Origin: an uncultured Gammaproteobacteria bacterium
GTDB lineage: Bacteria > Pseudomonadota > Gammaproteobacteria > UBA9214
DNA length: 64,000 nucleotides
Direction: 5' to 3'
NCBI GenBank assembly: GCA_963748215.1
Contig: CAVVHS010000008.1
Location: 416,001-480,000, forward strand
In this document: positions 53,904-62,705 of the stretch, in pieces
Layout of the letters: the number at the start of each line of letters is the position of its first letter
Position numbering within the stretch: the stretch's first letter is position 1
Program-made: the position numbers and the translations under genes
Notes under the pieces: generated by a model
The model's database searches: none
Seen by the model: the letters and a program-made list of their open reading frames with translations, nothing else
What the model was told of the DNA's origin: nothing

Positions 53904-54277
53904 GACGGTTTCATCAGGAAGCCACTCAGGGTCGTGAGCGGCTCCGTGCTGTCGCTGTCCGCCGGCGTCACCTCGACATCCAGGCGCCGCAGTTCCGCCT
54001 CCTCCGTCTGCGAGGTGCGCGCCAGCCAGCGCCATTCCCGGCCGCCCATTTCCATGGTGCCTTTCTGCTCGCCGACCGAGGGCCAGTCCTTGCGCACCTG
54101 GAATTCCGCCAGTACATTGCGCGCCACCCAGGTTGCCATGGTGCGATCGCGCAGGTGTGACTGGCCGGCCGTGTAATCAGTGGCGGCCTTGATTATCGCG
54201 CTCATCGCGAGCGCCAGCACCGCCAGTGCGACGAGGATCTCGAGCAGGGTAAAGCCATACTGGCCGCGCCTGCTCAC
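53900..54277 (-). CDS. gspI: type II secretion minor pseudopilin I
   Basis: GFTLLEILVALAV, MGGREWRW, RRLDVEV. Confidence 0.92.
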   Translation of the reverse strand: MSRRGQYGFTLLEILVALAVLALAMSAIIKAATDYTAGQSHLRDRTMATWVARNVLAEFQVRKDWPSVGEQKGTMEMGGREWRWLARTSQTEEAELRRLDVEVTPADSDSTEPLTTLSGFLMKPS

Positions 54278-54834
54278 GGCGGTCCCTCGCGTTCCCGGCT
54301 CACCTCGCCCATCAACGAGGCCGTCAGCCGGTAGCGATAGTCGCTGAGGTCTGAAATAAAGGTAACCGTAAATGGCGTCATCTCGCCGCTCGACAGGATC
54401 AGCACCTGCGGCGGCGGCTCTATATCCTGCTTCGGGTCGTCTTCACCGAACCCCTGCTCCCCCTCGATCTCGAGCTTCATTCGAATGTCAGCCGGGAGGG
54501 AATAGGCCTTCAGCAGGCCGTCATCCGGCAGTTTCCAGCCATCCAGCGCCAGGATCAGAAACTCGTAGCCGTCCTCGGCGAAACGCACACCAAGTTCCTC
54601 GCCACGGACAATGGCCTCGTCATTCGCCAGCACCAGCAGGGTCTCCAGGTGGCGGGCTTCGCGTTCCATGATTTCAGCCACGTCGTCGCCGCGCATGGAC
54701 AGCGCGGCAAAGCTGAAGATGATCGCGATCAGAACCATCACCACCATCAGTTCCAGCAGGGTGAAACCGGCCGGTCGCCGGGTGGGCGCGGCAGTCATCG
54801 GATCGGAACGCTTACGGCGTAGTGGCCAGGACAT
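54274..54834 (-). CDS. gspH: type II secretion minor pseudopilin H (start uncertain: 54834 or 54798)
   Basis: GFTLLELMVV, PQVLILSSGEMTPF. Confidence 0.88.
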   Translation of the reverse strand: MSWPLRRKRSDPMTAAPTRRPAGFTLLELMVVMVLIAIIFSFAALSMRGDDVAEIMEREARHLETLLVLANDEAIVRGEELGVRFAEDGYEFLILALDGWKLPDDGLLKAYSLPADIRMKLEIEGEQGFGEDDPKQDIEPPPQVLILSSGEMTPFTVTFISDLSDYRYRLTASLMGEVSREREGPP

Positions 54835-54841
54835 GCTCCTG

Positions 54842-55264
54842 TTATTGCAGATTCCAGTTGCCGATATCGTCGTCACTGGGCTGCTGATCGGGGCCGAGCG
54901 AGAAGATATCGATCGTGCCGTGTTCGCCGGGGCTCAGGTAGAAATAGTCTTCCTGCCAGGGATCCTTCGGCAGGCGGTCCACATAACCGCCCTCTTTCCA
55001 GTTCTTGGGTTCCGGCGAGGTGGGCTTTTCGACCAGCGCGTCGAGCCCCTGGTCGGTTGTCGGGTAGACGTAATTGTCCAGCTTGTAGAGATTCAGCGCA
55101 GCCTCCAGGGAGCGGATATCCTGGCGTGCCTTGGTGATACGCGCCTGGTCCGGACGATCCATGACCTTCGGCACCAGGATCGCCGCGAGTATTCCGAGGA
55201 TCACGACGACCACCATGACCTCGATAAGGGTGAAACCGGATTGCCTGACGGTAGTTTGCTTCAT
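54842..55264 (-). CDS. gspG: type II secretion major pseudopilin G
   Basis: GFTLIEVMVVVVILGIL, YPTTDQGLDAL, LPKDPW, DDIGNW. Confidence 0.96.
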   Translation of the reverse strand: MKQTTVRQSGFTLIEVMVVVVILGILAAILVPKVMDRPDQARITKARQDIRSLEAALNLYKLDNYVYPTTDQGLDALVEKPTSPEPKNWKEGGYVDRLPKDPWQEDYFYLSPGEHGTIDIFSLGPDQQPSDDDIGNWNLQ

Positions 55265-55563
55265 GAGTAAGCCCTTGCTTGCTTGATTGACGGACGGACA
55301 CCTGGCGTGGTGCCGGGTAGATTCCGGCTATTTTAGCCCGAATCCCGCACCGGGCGGCAGTGGATCATCGCGCTGTTTCGAGACCATGGAAAAATTTTCG
55401 AGCAAAGCCGGAATACAGCCACTTCTTCGGGCTGCGCCCGTCCCGACGGGATAACCCGGCCAGCGCGGTGCCCGGCGGGGAAACAGACAGCCCACCTGCA
55501 AACAGGTTGCATGATATTCAGGGACGGCCGGCCGGGAACCGCGACCGGATCACAGCCGGGACA

Positions 55564-56076
55564 TCATGACCCGGACAGGTTCTCCCGATTGACCGCCAGC
55601 TGGTCGCGCACCTTCAGGGCGTAGAGGTGGCGCTCTGCATCCACCAGGTGCTGCCCCCAGTGCACGCGGTAGCTGGAGCGCCAGGCCTGCGCGGCCCGCT
55701 GCGGCCAGACGTCGTCCAGCAAATCGCGCCCGTAGCGCAGGTCGAAGTAGATATCGGTAAGATCGTCAGCCAGGCTGCCGGACATGTGCAACTCTTCCGG
55801 CGCGGCGTCGAATTCCAGCCAGTAGCTGTCACGCTCACCCAGCACCTTGCGCAGGTGACTGTAGAGCTCGAAGCGTGCATCGAGATCGGTCTCGTACAAC
55901 GGGATATCACCGGTGTCGTAGGCGTTCAATGCGGTGACGGCGGCATGCAGTCGCGGCATCAGCAGAAACAGCGCCTCCAGCCAGTCGTCGGGCCGGGCCA
56001 GCGCGCCGTCGACCAGGCGACAGTAGTCGTCGGCCACGTCCACCATTTCAGTCAAAGTTTCCGAGAAACCGGCCAT
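55564..56076 (-). CDS. DUF5063-like protein
   Basis: GSLADDLTDIYFDL, W..SY..HWGQH. Confidence 0.7.
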   Translation of the reverse strand: MAGFSETLTEMVDVADDYCRLVDGALARPDDWLEALFLLMPRLHAAVTALNAYDTGDIPLYETDLDARFELYSHLRKVLGERDSYWLEFDAAPEELHMSGSLADDLTDIYFDLRYGRDLLDDVWPQRAAQAWRSSYRVHWGQHLVDAERHLYALKVRDQLAVNRENLSGS

Positions 56077-56200
56077 GTCATAATGTCAACAAGTAGTCTA
56101 TGGTTATCAGTGGCTTGCAAGCCCGGCAGGCACATGAGCGGCAGCCGCGGTAATTCAAGTGTAGCCAAAATCCGTGCGCCTGCACGGACGGCGTCTGCGA

Positions 56201-56374
56201 CTAGACAGCCACCATCTCGAACTCATCCTTGGTCGCTCCGCATTCCGGACATACCCAGCTGTCCGGAATATCCTCCCAGCGCGTTCCGGGCGCAAAACCC
56301 TCCTCCGGCAGACCGTCGGCCTCGCTGTAGACAAAACCGCACACCACACACATGTATTCCCGGTTAGCACTCAT
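56201..56374 (-). CDS. rubredoxin
   Basis: Manual translation MSANREYMCVVCGFVYSEADGLPEEGFAPGTRWEDIPDSWVCPECGATKDEFEMVAV (57 aa); below the ORF-track cutoff. Confidence 0.95.
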   Translation of the reverse strand: MSANREYMCVVCGFVYSEADGLPEEGFAPGTRWEDIPDSWVCPECGATKDEFEMVAV

Positions 56375-56487
56375 CAGTCATCACCCGTTAGTCAGCATTG
56401 CGCCATTGTACGGGTCTGCCACGCCGAGTGAAGCAGATTCGCCGCGCACTATCCCGCTTGATGGGCACATCCGTTATTATCGGCAAC

Positions 56488-57279
56488 ATGCTCAGGAAAC
56501 CCGTCGTAATGACCTTCGCCGGCCATGATCCCGGTGGCGGCGCCGGCCTGCAGGCCGATATCGAATCCCTGTTCAGCCAGGGCTGCCACGCCACGCCGGT
56601 CATCACCGCACTGACCGTCCAGGACAGCCGCGATGTGATGGCGTTTCACCCGGTCGAGCCCGTTCACGTGATCAGCCAGGCCCGCGCCATCCTCGAGGAT
56701 ATGCCGGTCGCCGCCTTTAAGACCGGCATGCTGGGCAGCGTCGAAAACTGCGTCGCCATCCACAGCATCATGGCGGACTATCCCGACATTCCGCTGGTCG
56801 TGGACCCGGTGCTGGCCTCGGGCAACGGCACGCCGCTCGGAGAGGACGGACTGACGGATGTCATCAGGCAGCTGCTGCTGCCGCGTGCCACGCTAGTGTC
56901 GCCGAACAGCCACGAGGCGCGCGCCCTGGCGCCGGAAGCCGATACGCCGGATGCCTGCGCCTTCGCCCTGCTCGACCGCGGCGCCGAGTTTGTCCTGCTC
57001 ACCGGCACCCACGAACAGACGCCGCACGTCATCAATACCCTCTACCAGGGCCATCAGCGCCTGGAATCCTTCACCTGGGAACGCCTGCCGCACAGCTACC
57101 ATGGGTCCGGCTGCACGCTGGCTGCCAGTATTGCCGGGCTGCTGGCGCACGGGCTCGATGTTTTCCAGGCCTGCCATGAAGGCCAGCATTTCACCTGGGA
57201 GGCACTGCGCAACGGCTACCGGCCCGGCATGGGGCAATATCTGCCGAACCGGATGTACTGGGCCGAACAGGACGACTGA
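56488..57279 (+). CDS. thiD: hydroxymethylpyrimidine/phosphomethylpyrimidine kinase
   Basis: AGHDPGGGAGLQAD, TALTVQD, KTGMLG, HGSGCTLA. Confidence 0.88.
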   Translation: MLRKPVVMTFAGHDPGGGAGLQADIESLFSQGCHATPVITALTVQDSRDVMAFHPVEPVHVISQARAILEDMPVAAFKTGMLGSVENCVAIHSIMADYPDIPLVVDPVLASGNGTPLGEDGLTDVIRQLLLPRATLVSPNSHEARALAPEADTPDACAFALLDRGAEFVLLTGTHEQTPHVINTLYQGHQRLESFTWERLPHSYHGSGCTLAASIAGLLAHGLDVFQACHEGQHFTWEALRNGYRPGMGQYLPNRMYWAEQDD

Positions 57280-57995
57280 TGGTCCGCGCTGAACTGGCGG
57301 ACGGCCTGTACGCCATCACGGACGGCCCGGCGGGCGCGCAGGCGGAGCTGGTGCGACGCGTCGAACAGGCCATTCGCGGCGGCGCGCGCCTCGTCCAGTA
57401 CCGGGACAAACAGGCCGGCACCGACGAACGACTGGCGCGGGCCGCGGCCCTGCTTGGCCTGTGCCGGCAGCATGGCGTGGCGTTGATCATCAACGACGAC
57501 ATCGAACTGGCCGCGGCCATCGGGGCGCACGGCGTGCATCTCGGTGCCGGCGACACGGCCGTCGCCACCGCCCGCCAGCGGCTCGGCAGCCGCGCCATTA
57601 TCGGCGCCTCCTGCTACAACCGGCTGGAACGTGCGCACGCGGCCGTGACCGAGGGTGCCGACTACGTGGCATTCGGACGGTTCTTCGCCTCGCAGAGCAA
57701 ACCGGAGGCGGTACCGGCCAGTCCGGACCTGCTGACACAGGCGCGCCGCGAGCTACCGGTCCCGGTCGCCGCGATCGGCGGTATCACGCCGGCCAACGGC
57801 GCCGCCCTGGTGGCCGCCGGCGCCAATCTGCTCGCAGTCATACACGGCGTGTTCGGCCAGCCCGACATCGAGGCGGCGGCGCAGGCCTACGCCAGACTGT
57901 TCGATCGGGTGAGACGTGAGAGGGTGAAACGTGAAGGGCGTCATAGCCACGGAGGCACACGGAAATACACGGAAATTTCAAAATCCCCGACGTAG
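57279..57995 (+). CDS. thiE: thiamine-phosphate synthase
   Basis: GLYAITD, VQYRDK, LIINDD, GVHLG, AIGGIT; the last ~28 aa are repeat-derived. Confidence 0.93.
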   Translation: MVRAELADGLYAITDGPAGAQAELVRRVEQAIRGGARLVQYRDKQAGTDERLARAAALLGLCRQHGVALIINDDIELAAAIGAHGVHLGAGDTAVATARQRLGSRAIIGASCYNRLERAHAAVTEGADYVAFGRFFASQSKPEAVPASPDLLTQARRELPVPVAAIGGITPANGAALVAAGANLLAVIHGVFGQPDIEAAAQAYARLFDRVRRERVKREGRHSHGGTRKYTEISKSPT

Positions 57996-58450
57996 GGTGC
58001 GTTGTACGCACCGGGAGTGCGTCACATGTGCGCCCTGGGTCAATCTGATTAATGGCCATGGAATCCACGGAAGCATGCAGAAAAATACATGAAAAACGGC
58101 TTGTTATGACATTGTGTATCGCGGCGACCCGCTTGCCGCGGCCATGATCTGACGAACCTCAAGGCCTTCACGGCAACAGCCGCTCCCGGTGCGTAAAACG
58201 CACCCTACATCTTGGTTTTTTATTTTTCCGTGTATTTCCGTGTGCTTCCGTGGCCATTATCATCGCGCGATGTTCAGGATGTACAAGTGCCGTGGAGCAC
58301 ATGGATGTGCGGGAACGGCCATGAGATGCGCTCCTACCCTACAGGAACGCGCGGGGCGCACGCTCTGGCTCCGTGGCCATTACAACGATCCTGCCATTCA
58401 CGTCTCACGCTTCACGTCTTATGTCTCACCTTTTACTTCTCACGCTTTAT
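57905..58450. repeat. mosaic repeat cluster bounded by inverted heptamer arrays
   Basis: GTGAGACGTGAG.. at the left end, TCACGTCTCACGCTTCACG at the right end, REP and CACGG modules inside. Confidence 0.85.
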
Positions 58451-58494
58451 GCGACAATCCCGTATTGTTCAAAAGTCACGAAGGAACCAGCGCC

Positions 58495-59775
58495 ATGAGC
58501 CGCTCTCACGAACTGTTTCAGTCAGCCTGCCAGCATATCCCCGGTGGCGTGAATTCGCCGGTACGCGCCTTCAAGGGCGTGGGCGGTGACCCGGTGTTCT
58601 TTACCCGCGGCGAGGGCCCCTGGCTGTACGACGCCGATGGCAAGCGCTACATCGACTATGTAGCCTCGTGGGGTCCGATGATCGCGGGCCACGCCCACCC
58701 GGCCGTGATCCGCGCCGTCCAGGACATGGCCGCCAACGGGCTGGGTTTCGGCGCGCCCACCGAAATAGAAACCCGCATGGCCGACCTGCTGTGCCGGCTG
58801 GTGCCGTCGATGGATATGGTGCGCATGGTCAACTCCGGTACCGAGGCGACCATGAGCGCGATCCGGCTGGCGCGCGGCTTTACCGGCCGCGACCGCATCG
58901 TCAAGTTCGAGGGTTGTTACCACGGCCATTCGGACGCCCTGCTGGTCAAGGCCGGCTCCGGCACGCTGACCCTCGGCGTACCCACCTCGCCGGGCGTGCC
59001 GGCCAGTGTCGCGGCCCATACCACGACCCTCACCTACAACGACAGCGACGACGTATCGCAAGCATTTGCCTCGATCGGCAATGAAGTTGCGGCGATCATC
59101 GTCGAACCTGTCGCCGGCAACATGAACTGCATCCCGCCGGAGCCGGGCTTCCTGGAAACCCTGCGGCGCGTCTGCGACGAACACGGCAGCGTGCTGATCT
59201 TCGACGAAGTGATGACCGGATTCCGCGTGGCGCGCGGCGGCGCACAGGCCCGTTACGGCATTACCCCGGACCTCACCACGCTGGGCAAGGTGATCGGCGG
59301 CGGACTGCCGGTCGGCGCCTTCGGCGGCCGGCGCGACATCATGGAGCACATCGCGCCACTCGGCCCGGTCTACCAGGCGGGCACCCTGTCCGGCAACCCG
59401 CTGTCGCTGGCGGCCGGACTGGCCACCCTGGAGCTGGCCACGGCCGATGGCGTGGAGGAACAACTGGACGCGACGGCTCGACGCCTGGTGAACGGCCTGC
59501 AGGCAGAGGCCGACCGGGCCGGCATCGCCTTCACCACCAACCAGGTCGGTGGCATGTTCGGCTGTTTCTTCAGCCCGGAATCCGCCATCAGCCGCTTCAG
59601 CCAGGTGAGCGGCTGCGACATAGAGCGCTTCCGGCGTTTCTATCACGGCATGCTGGATGCCGGCGTCTACCTGGCACCCTCGGCCTTCGAGGCCGGCTTC
59701 GTGTCCAGCGCGCATAGCGACGCCGTCATCGATGAAACAGTTGAGTGCGCCGCGCGGGTGTTTGCCGCGCTATAA
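58495..59775 (+). CDS. hemL: glutamate-1-semialdehyde 2,1-aminomutase
   Basis: [49 protein letters not shown]. Confidence 0.97.
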   Translation: MSRSHELFQSACQHIPGGVNSPVRAFKGVGGDPVFFTRGEGPWLYDADGKRYIDYVASWGPMIAGHAHPAVIRAVQDMAANGLGFGAPTEIETRMADLLCRLVPSMDMVRMVNSGTEATMSAIRLARGFTGRDRIVKFEGCYHGHSDALLVKAGSGTLTLGVPTSPGVPASVAAHTTTLTYNDSDDVSQAFASIGNEVAAIIVEPVAGNMNCIPPEPGFLETLRRVCDEHGSVLIFDEVMTGFRVARGGAQARYGITPDLTTLGKVIGGGLPVGAFGGRRDIMEHIAPLGPVYQAGTLSGNPLSLAAGLATLELATADGVEEQLDATARRLVNGLQAEADRAGIAFTTNQVGGMFGCFFSPESAISRFSQVSGCDIERFRRFYHGMLDAGVYLAPSAFEAGFVSSAHSDAVIDETVECAARVFAAL

Positions 59776-59832
59776 CCTGTAATGAAAAATTATCTGGACC
59801 GGACGCAAACGGAACCACAGCTGTGGTTTATA

Positions 59833-60205
59833 TTTTTCCGTGTGCTGCCGTGGATTCCGTGGCCATTACACAACGCCGCTGAAGCCTGGCGGGGCACACG
59901 CCATGGACCCCGCCCGGTGCGTAAAACGCACCCTACGCCTGATTTTTCATTTTTCCGTGTGCTGCCGTGGATTCCGTGGCCATTACCCAACGCCGCTGAA
60001 GCCTGGCGGGGCGCACGCCGTGGACCCCGCCCGGTGCGTAAAACGCACCCTACGCCTGATTTTTCATTTTTCCGTGTGCTGCCGTGGATTCCGTGGCCAT
60101 TACACAACGCCGCTGAAGCCTGGCGGGGCGCACGCCGTGGACCCCGCCCGGTGCGTAAAACGCACCCTACGCCTGATTTCTCATTTTTCCGTGTGCTGCC
60201 GTGGC
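59833..60205. repeat. tandem array of 117 bp mosaic units (3 copies)
   Basis: REP at 59917, 60034 and 60151, with near-identical sequence between copies. Confidence 0.9.
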
Positions 60206-60235
60206 CAGAATCCTGCTTAGCCAGCTGATAGTTTG

Positions 60236-62254
60236 ATGGACGCGCTGCTGCAAACCGTGCTCGACTGGATCGCCCTGCATCCGCACGCCTTCAACGCGGT
60301 CGTCTTCACCGTCGCGCTGATGGAGTCACTGGTGGTGCTGGGACTCTTGATACCGGGCGCGGCGCTGCTGTTCGGCGCCGGCGCCCTGGTCGCCACCGGT
60401 GCCCTGCCGCTGTATCCCATCCTGCTCTGGACCACGCTCGGTGCCGCACTTGGCGACATCATCAGCTTCCTGCTCGGCCGGCACTACCACCAGCGCCTGC
60501 GCGTGGTGTGGCCGTTCCGACGCTATCCGGTACTGGTCAACCGCGGCGTCGATTTTTTCGTGGGTCACGGCGGCAAGGGTATCTTCATGGCACGGTTCAT
60601 CGGACCGTTGCGCCCGATCGTCCCGGCCATCGCGGGCATGATGAGCATGTCCACCGCGCGCTTTCTGGCCATCGACAGTCTCGCCTGCGTGCTGTGGGCG
60701 CCGGTCTACATCCTGCCGGGTATCGTGTTCGGTGCCTCGCTGGGGCTTGCCGCCGAGGTCGCCGGACGGCTGGTGGTGCTGCTGGTCGTCATCGCCGGAC
60801 TGGCCTGGGGCGGCGTCTGGCTGATCGGCAGCCTGATCCGGCTGCTGCAACCGCGTGTCGGCGGCCTGCTGGAACGGGCGCTGCTGTGGAGCCGCGACCA
60901 TCCGCGCATCCGCCCGCTGGCCGGCTCGCTGCTGGACCCCGATCACCCGGAGGCGCGCGGCCTGGCCATCCTGTCGGTCCTGTTCTTCATCGCGCTCTGG
61001 CTGCTGCTGCTGATCTCCCGGCAGGTCATGCACGGTCACTCGCTCGAGGGGATCGATGCCTACGTGTTCCAGAACCTGAGCAACCTGCGTACGCCCTGGG
61101 CGGACACCATCATGGTGTTCTTTACCCGGCTCGGTGACAGCCTGGTACTGGCACTGGTCATCGCGGGCAGCTGCGTGTGGCTGTTCTGGAAGGGTTACGG
61201 CAAGGCCGCATTGCACTGGCTCGCGGTGTATGCCAGCACCGGCCTGCTGACCTGGATCCTCAAAGTCACCACTCACATCGCACGCCCGATAGCCTACAAC
61301 GGCAGCTATTCCTTTCCCAGCAGCCATACCAGCATGAGTGTCGCGGTGTACGGTTTTCTGGCCCTGCTGGTCGCGCGCGAGCTGCCGCACACTCGGCGCT
61401 GGCTGCCCTACTTCTGCGCCGGCGCCCTGATCGCCCCGATCAGCCTGTCCCGACTATACCTTGGCGCACACTGGCTCTCCGATGTACTGGCCGGACTCAG
61501 CCTGGGGATCTTCTGGGTGGCGCTGATCGGCATCGCCTATGACCGGCATCCGGCCCCGGCGCTGCAGACCCGCTCCCTGCTGGCCATCAGCACGATCCTG
61601 CTGGTTGCGGTTGGCAGCTGGCAGGTACGGCAGCACGGCTACGAAGATGTACTTGCTCATTACTCTCCTAATGACACTCTGCAGCGGGTTACCGCCACCA
61701 CCTGGCGTACCGCCGGGTGGGAAGCCGTTCCCGCATTTCGTATTGATCTCGAGGGCCGCAACGAGCAGCCTCTCAATTTTCAGTGGGCCGGCTCGCTGCA
61801 ATCCCTGCAGCGGGTACTCATGCGGGCCGGCTGGCACACGGCCCCGGCACTGAGTCCGCTGACGGCGATGAACTGGCTCGCCCCCGCCCCCGCCATCGAG
61901 GATCTGCCGGTGTTGCCCGAGGTGAACGATGGCAAGCACCAGCAGTTCATGCTGGTTGGCCCGGCCGACGCCGACAACCGCCAGCGGGTGATTGTGCGGC
62001 TGTGGCCGTCCGGCGTTCAGCTGCTGGGCAGCGGGCAGCCCGTATGGGTCGGCACGGCTGCCACGCTCTATCTCGAAGACAGCCTGCCGCTGATCACCTA
62101 CCTGCGTTCGTCGCCGGATTACAGCACGCCGCTTCAGGTCCTTGCGTCCGCGCTGCGCGCGAGTACATCGCTGCGGGTGGAAATGCGCACCCGACAGCAG
62201 GTCGCGCAGGACATCCAGTGGCACGGCGAGGTGCTACTGGCCTGGGAGCCCTGA
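60236..62254 (+). CDS. DedA/PAP2 phosphatase/LssY C-terminal-like membrane protein
   Basis: ESLVVLGLLIPG and ARFIGPLR (DedA); SFPSSH and SRLYLGAHWLSD (PAP2); PLNFQWAG. Confidence 0.88.
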   Translation: MDALLQTVLDWIALHPHAFNAVVFTVALMESLVVLGLLIPGAALLFGAGALVATGALPLYPILLWTTLGAALGDIISFLLGRHYHQRLRVVWPFRRYPVLVNRGVDFFVGHGGKGIFMARFIGPLRPIVPAIAGMMSMSTARFLAIDSLACVLWAPVYILPGIVFGASLGLAAEVAGRLVVLLVVIAGLAWGGVWLIGSLIRLLQPRVGGLLERALLWSRDHPRIRPLAGSLLDPDHPEARGLAILSVLFFIALWLLLLISRQVMHGHSLEGIDAYVFQNLSNLRTPWADTIMVFFTRLGDSLVLALVIAGSCVWLFWKGYGKAALHWLAVYASTGLLTWILKVTTHIARPIAYNGSYSFPSSHTSMSVAVYGFLALLVARELPHTRRWLPYFCAGALIAPISLSRLYLGAHWLSDVLAGLSLGIFWVALIGIAYDRHPAPALQTRSLLAISTILLVAVGSWQVRQHGYEDVLAHYSPNDTLQRVTATTWRTAGWEAVPAFRIDLEGRNEQPLNFQWAGSLQSLQRVLMRAGWHTAPALSPLTAMNWLAPAPAIEDLPVLPEVNDGKHQQFMLVGPADADNRQRVIVRLWPSGVQLLGSGQPVWVGTAATLYLEDSLPLITYLRSSPDYSTPLQVLASALRASTSLRVEMRTRQQVAQDIQWHGEVLLAWEP

Positions 62255-62261
62255 CCCGTCT

Positions 62262-62666
62262 TCAACCAGTACCCGCGCAGGCGCTCGCATCCTGCCTCGA
62301 CTGGATCGCCCGCTGCATGTGCTCGAGCAGCAACTTGCTGCTGAACGGTTTGGTCAGGTAACTGAACACACCGCGGCTGGCCGCATCGAAGGCATCCGGT
62401 ATCGTGCCGTGCGCGGTCAGTATCAGCACCGGCAGATCGGGATCGCGTGCATGCAGCCGGTCGAACAGCGTCATGCCGTCCATGCCGCCCATGCGCAGGT
62501 CGGTGATGACGAGATCAGGCTGATACAGTGGAAAGTCCGCCAGCGCCTGCTCGCCGCTATCCACGGCCAGCACGCCGTATCCCGCAGCAGACAGGCGCAT
62601 GGACAGCAGCCGCAGCAGGCTGCGATCATCATCCACCAGCAGCACGCGCGGCCGCGCGACACTCAT
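62262..62666 (-). CDS. single-domain response regulator (GlrR-like receiver)
   Basis: LLVDDD, ITDLRM, LTAHG, TKPF. Confidence 0.88.
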   Translation of the reverse strand: MSVARPRVLLVDDDRSLLRLLSMRLSAAGYGVLAVDSGEQALADFPLYQPDLVITDLRMGGMDGMTLFDRLHARDPDLPVLILTAHGTIPDAFDAASRGVFSYLTKPFSSKLLLEHMQRAIQSRQDASACAGTG

Positions 62667-62705
62667 AGCAGCGTCCTCTTGGCGGCGTGTCCTCGCAGAC
62701 TATAA

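Noticed and set aside
56375-56487. TPP riboswitch upstream of thiD-thiE
   Set aside because: The region is short and shared with the rubredoxin promoter; no convincing CTGAGA or ACCTG core was seen.
58189-58494. N-terminal extensions of hemL, purD (7366-7413), gspN and gspJ in the ORF track
   Set aside because: They come from upstream repeat DNA or overlapping genes; downstream starts match family lengths.
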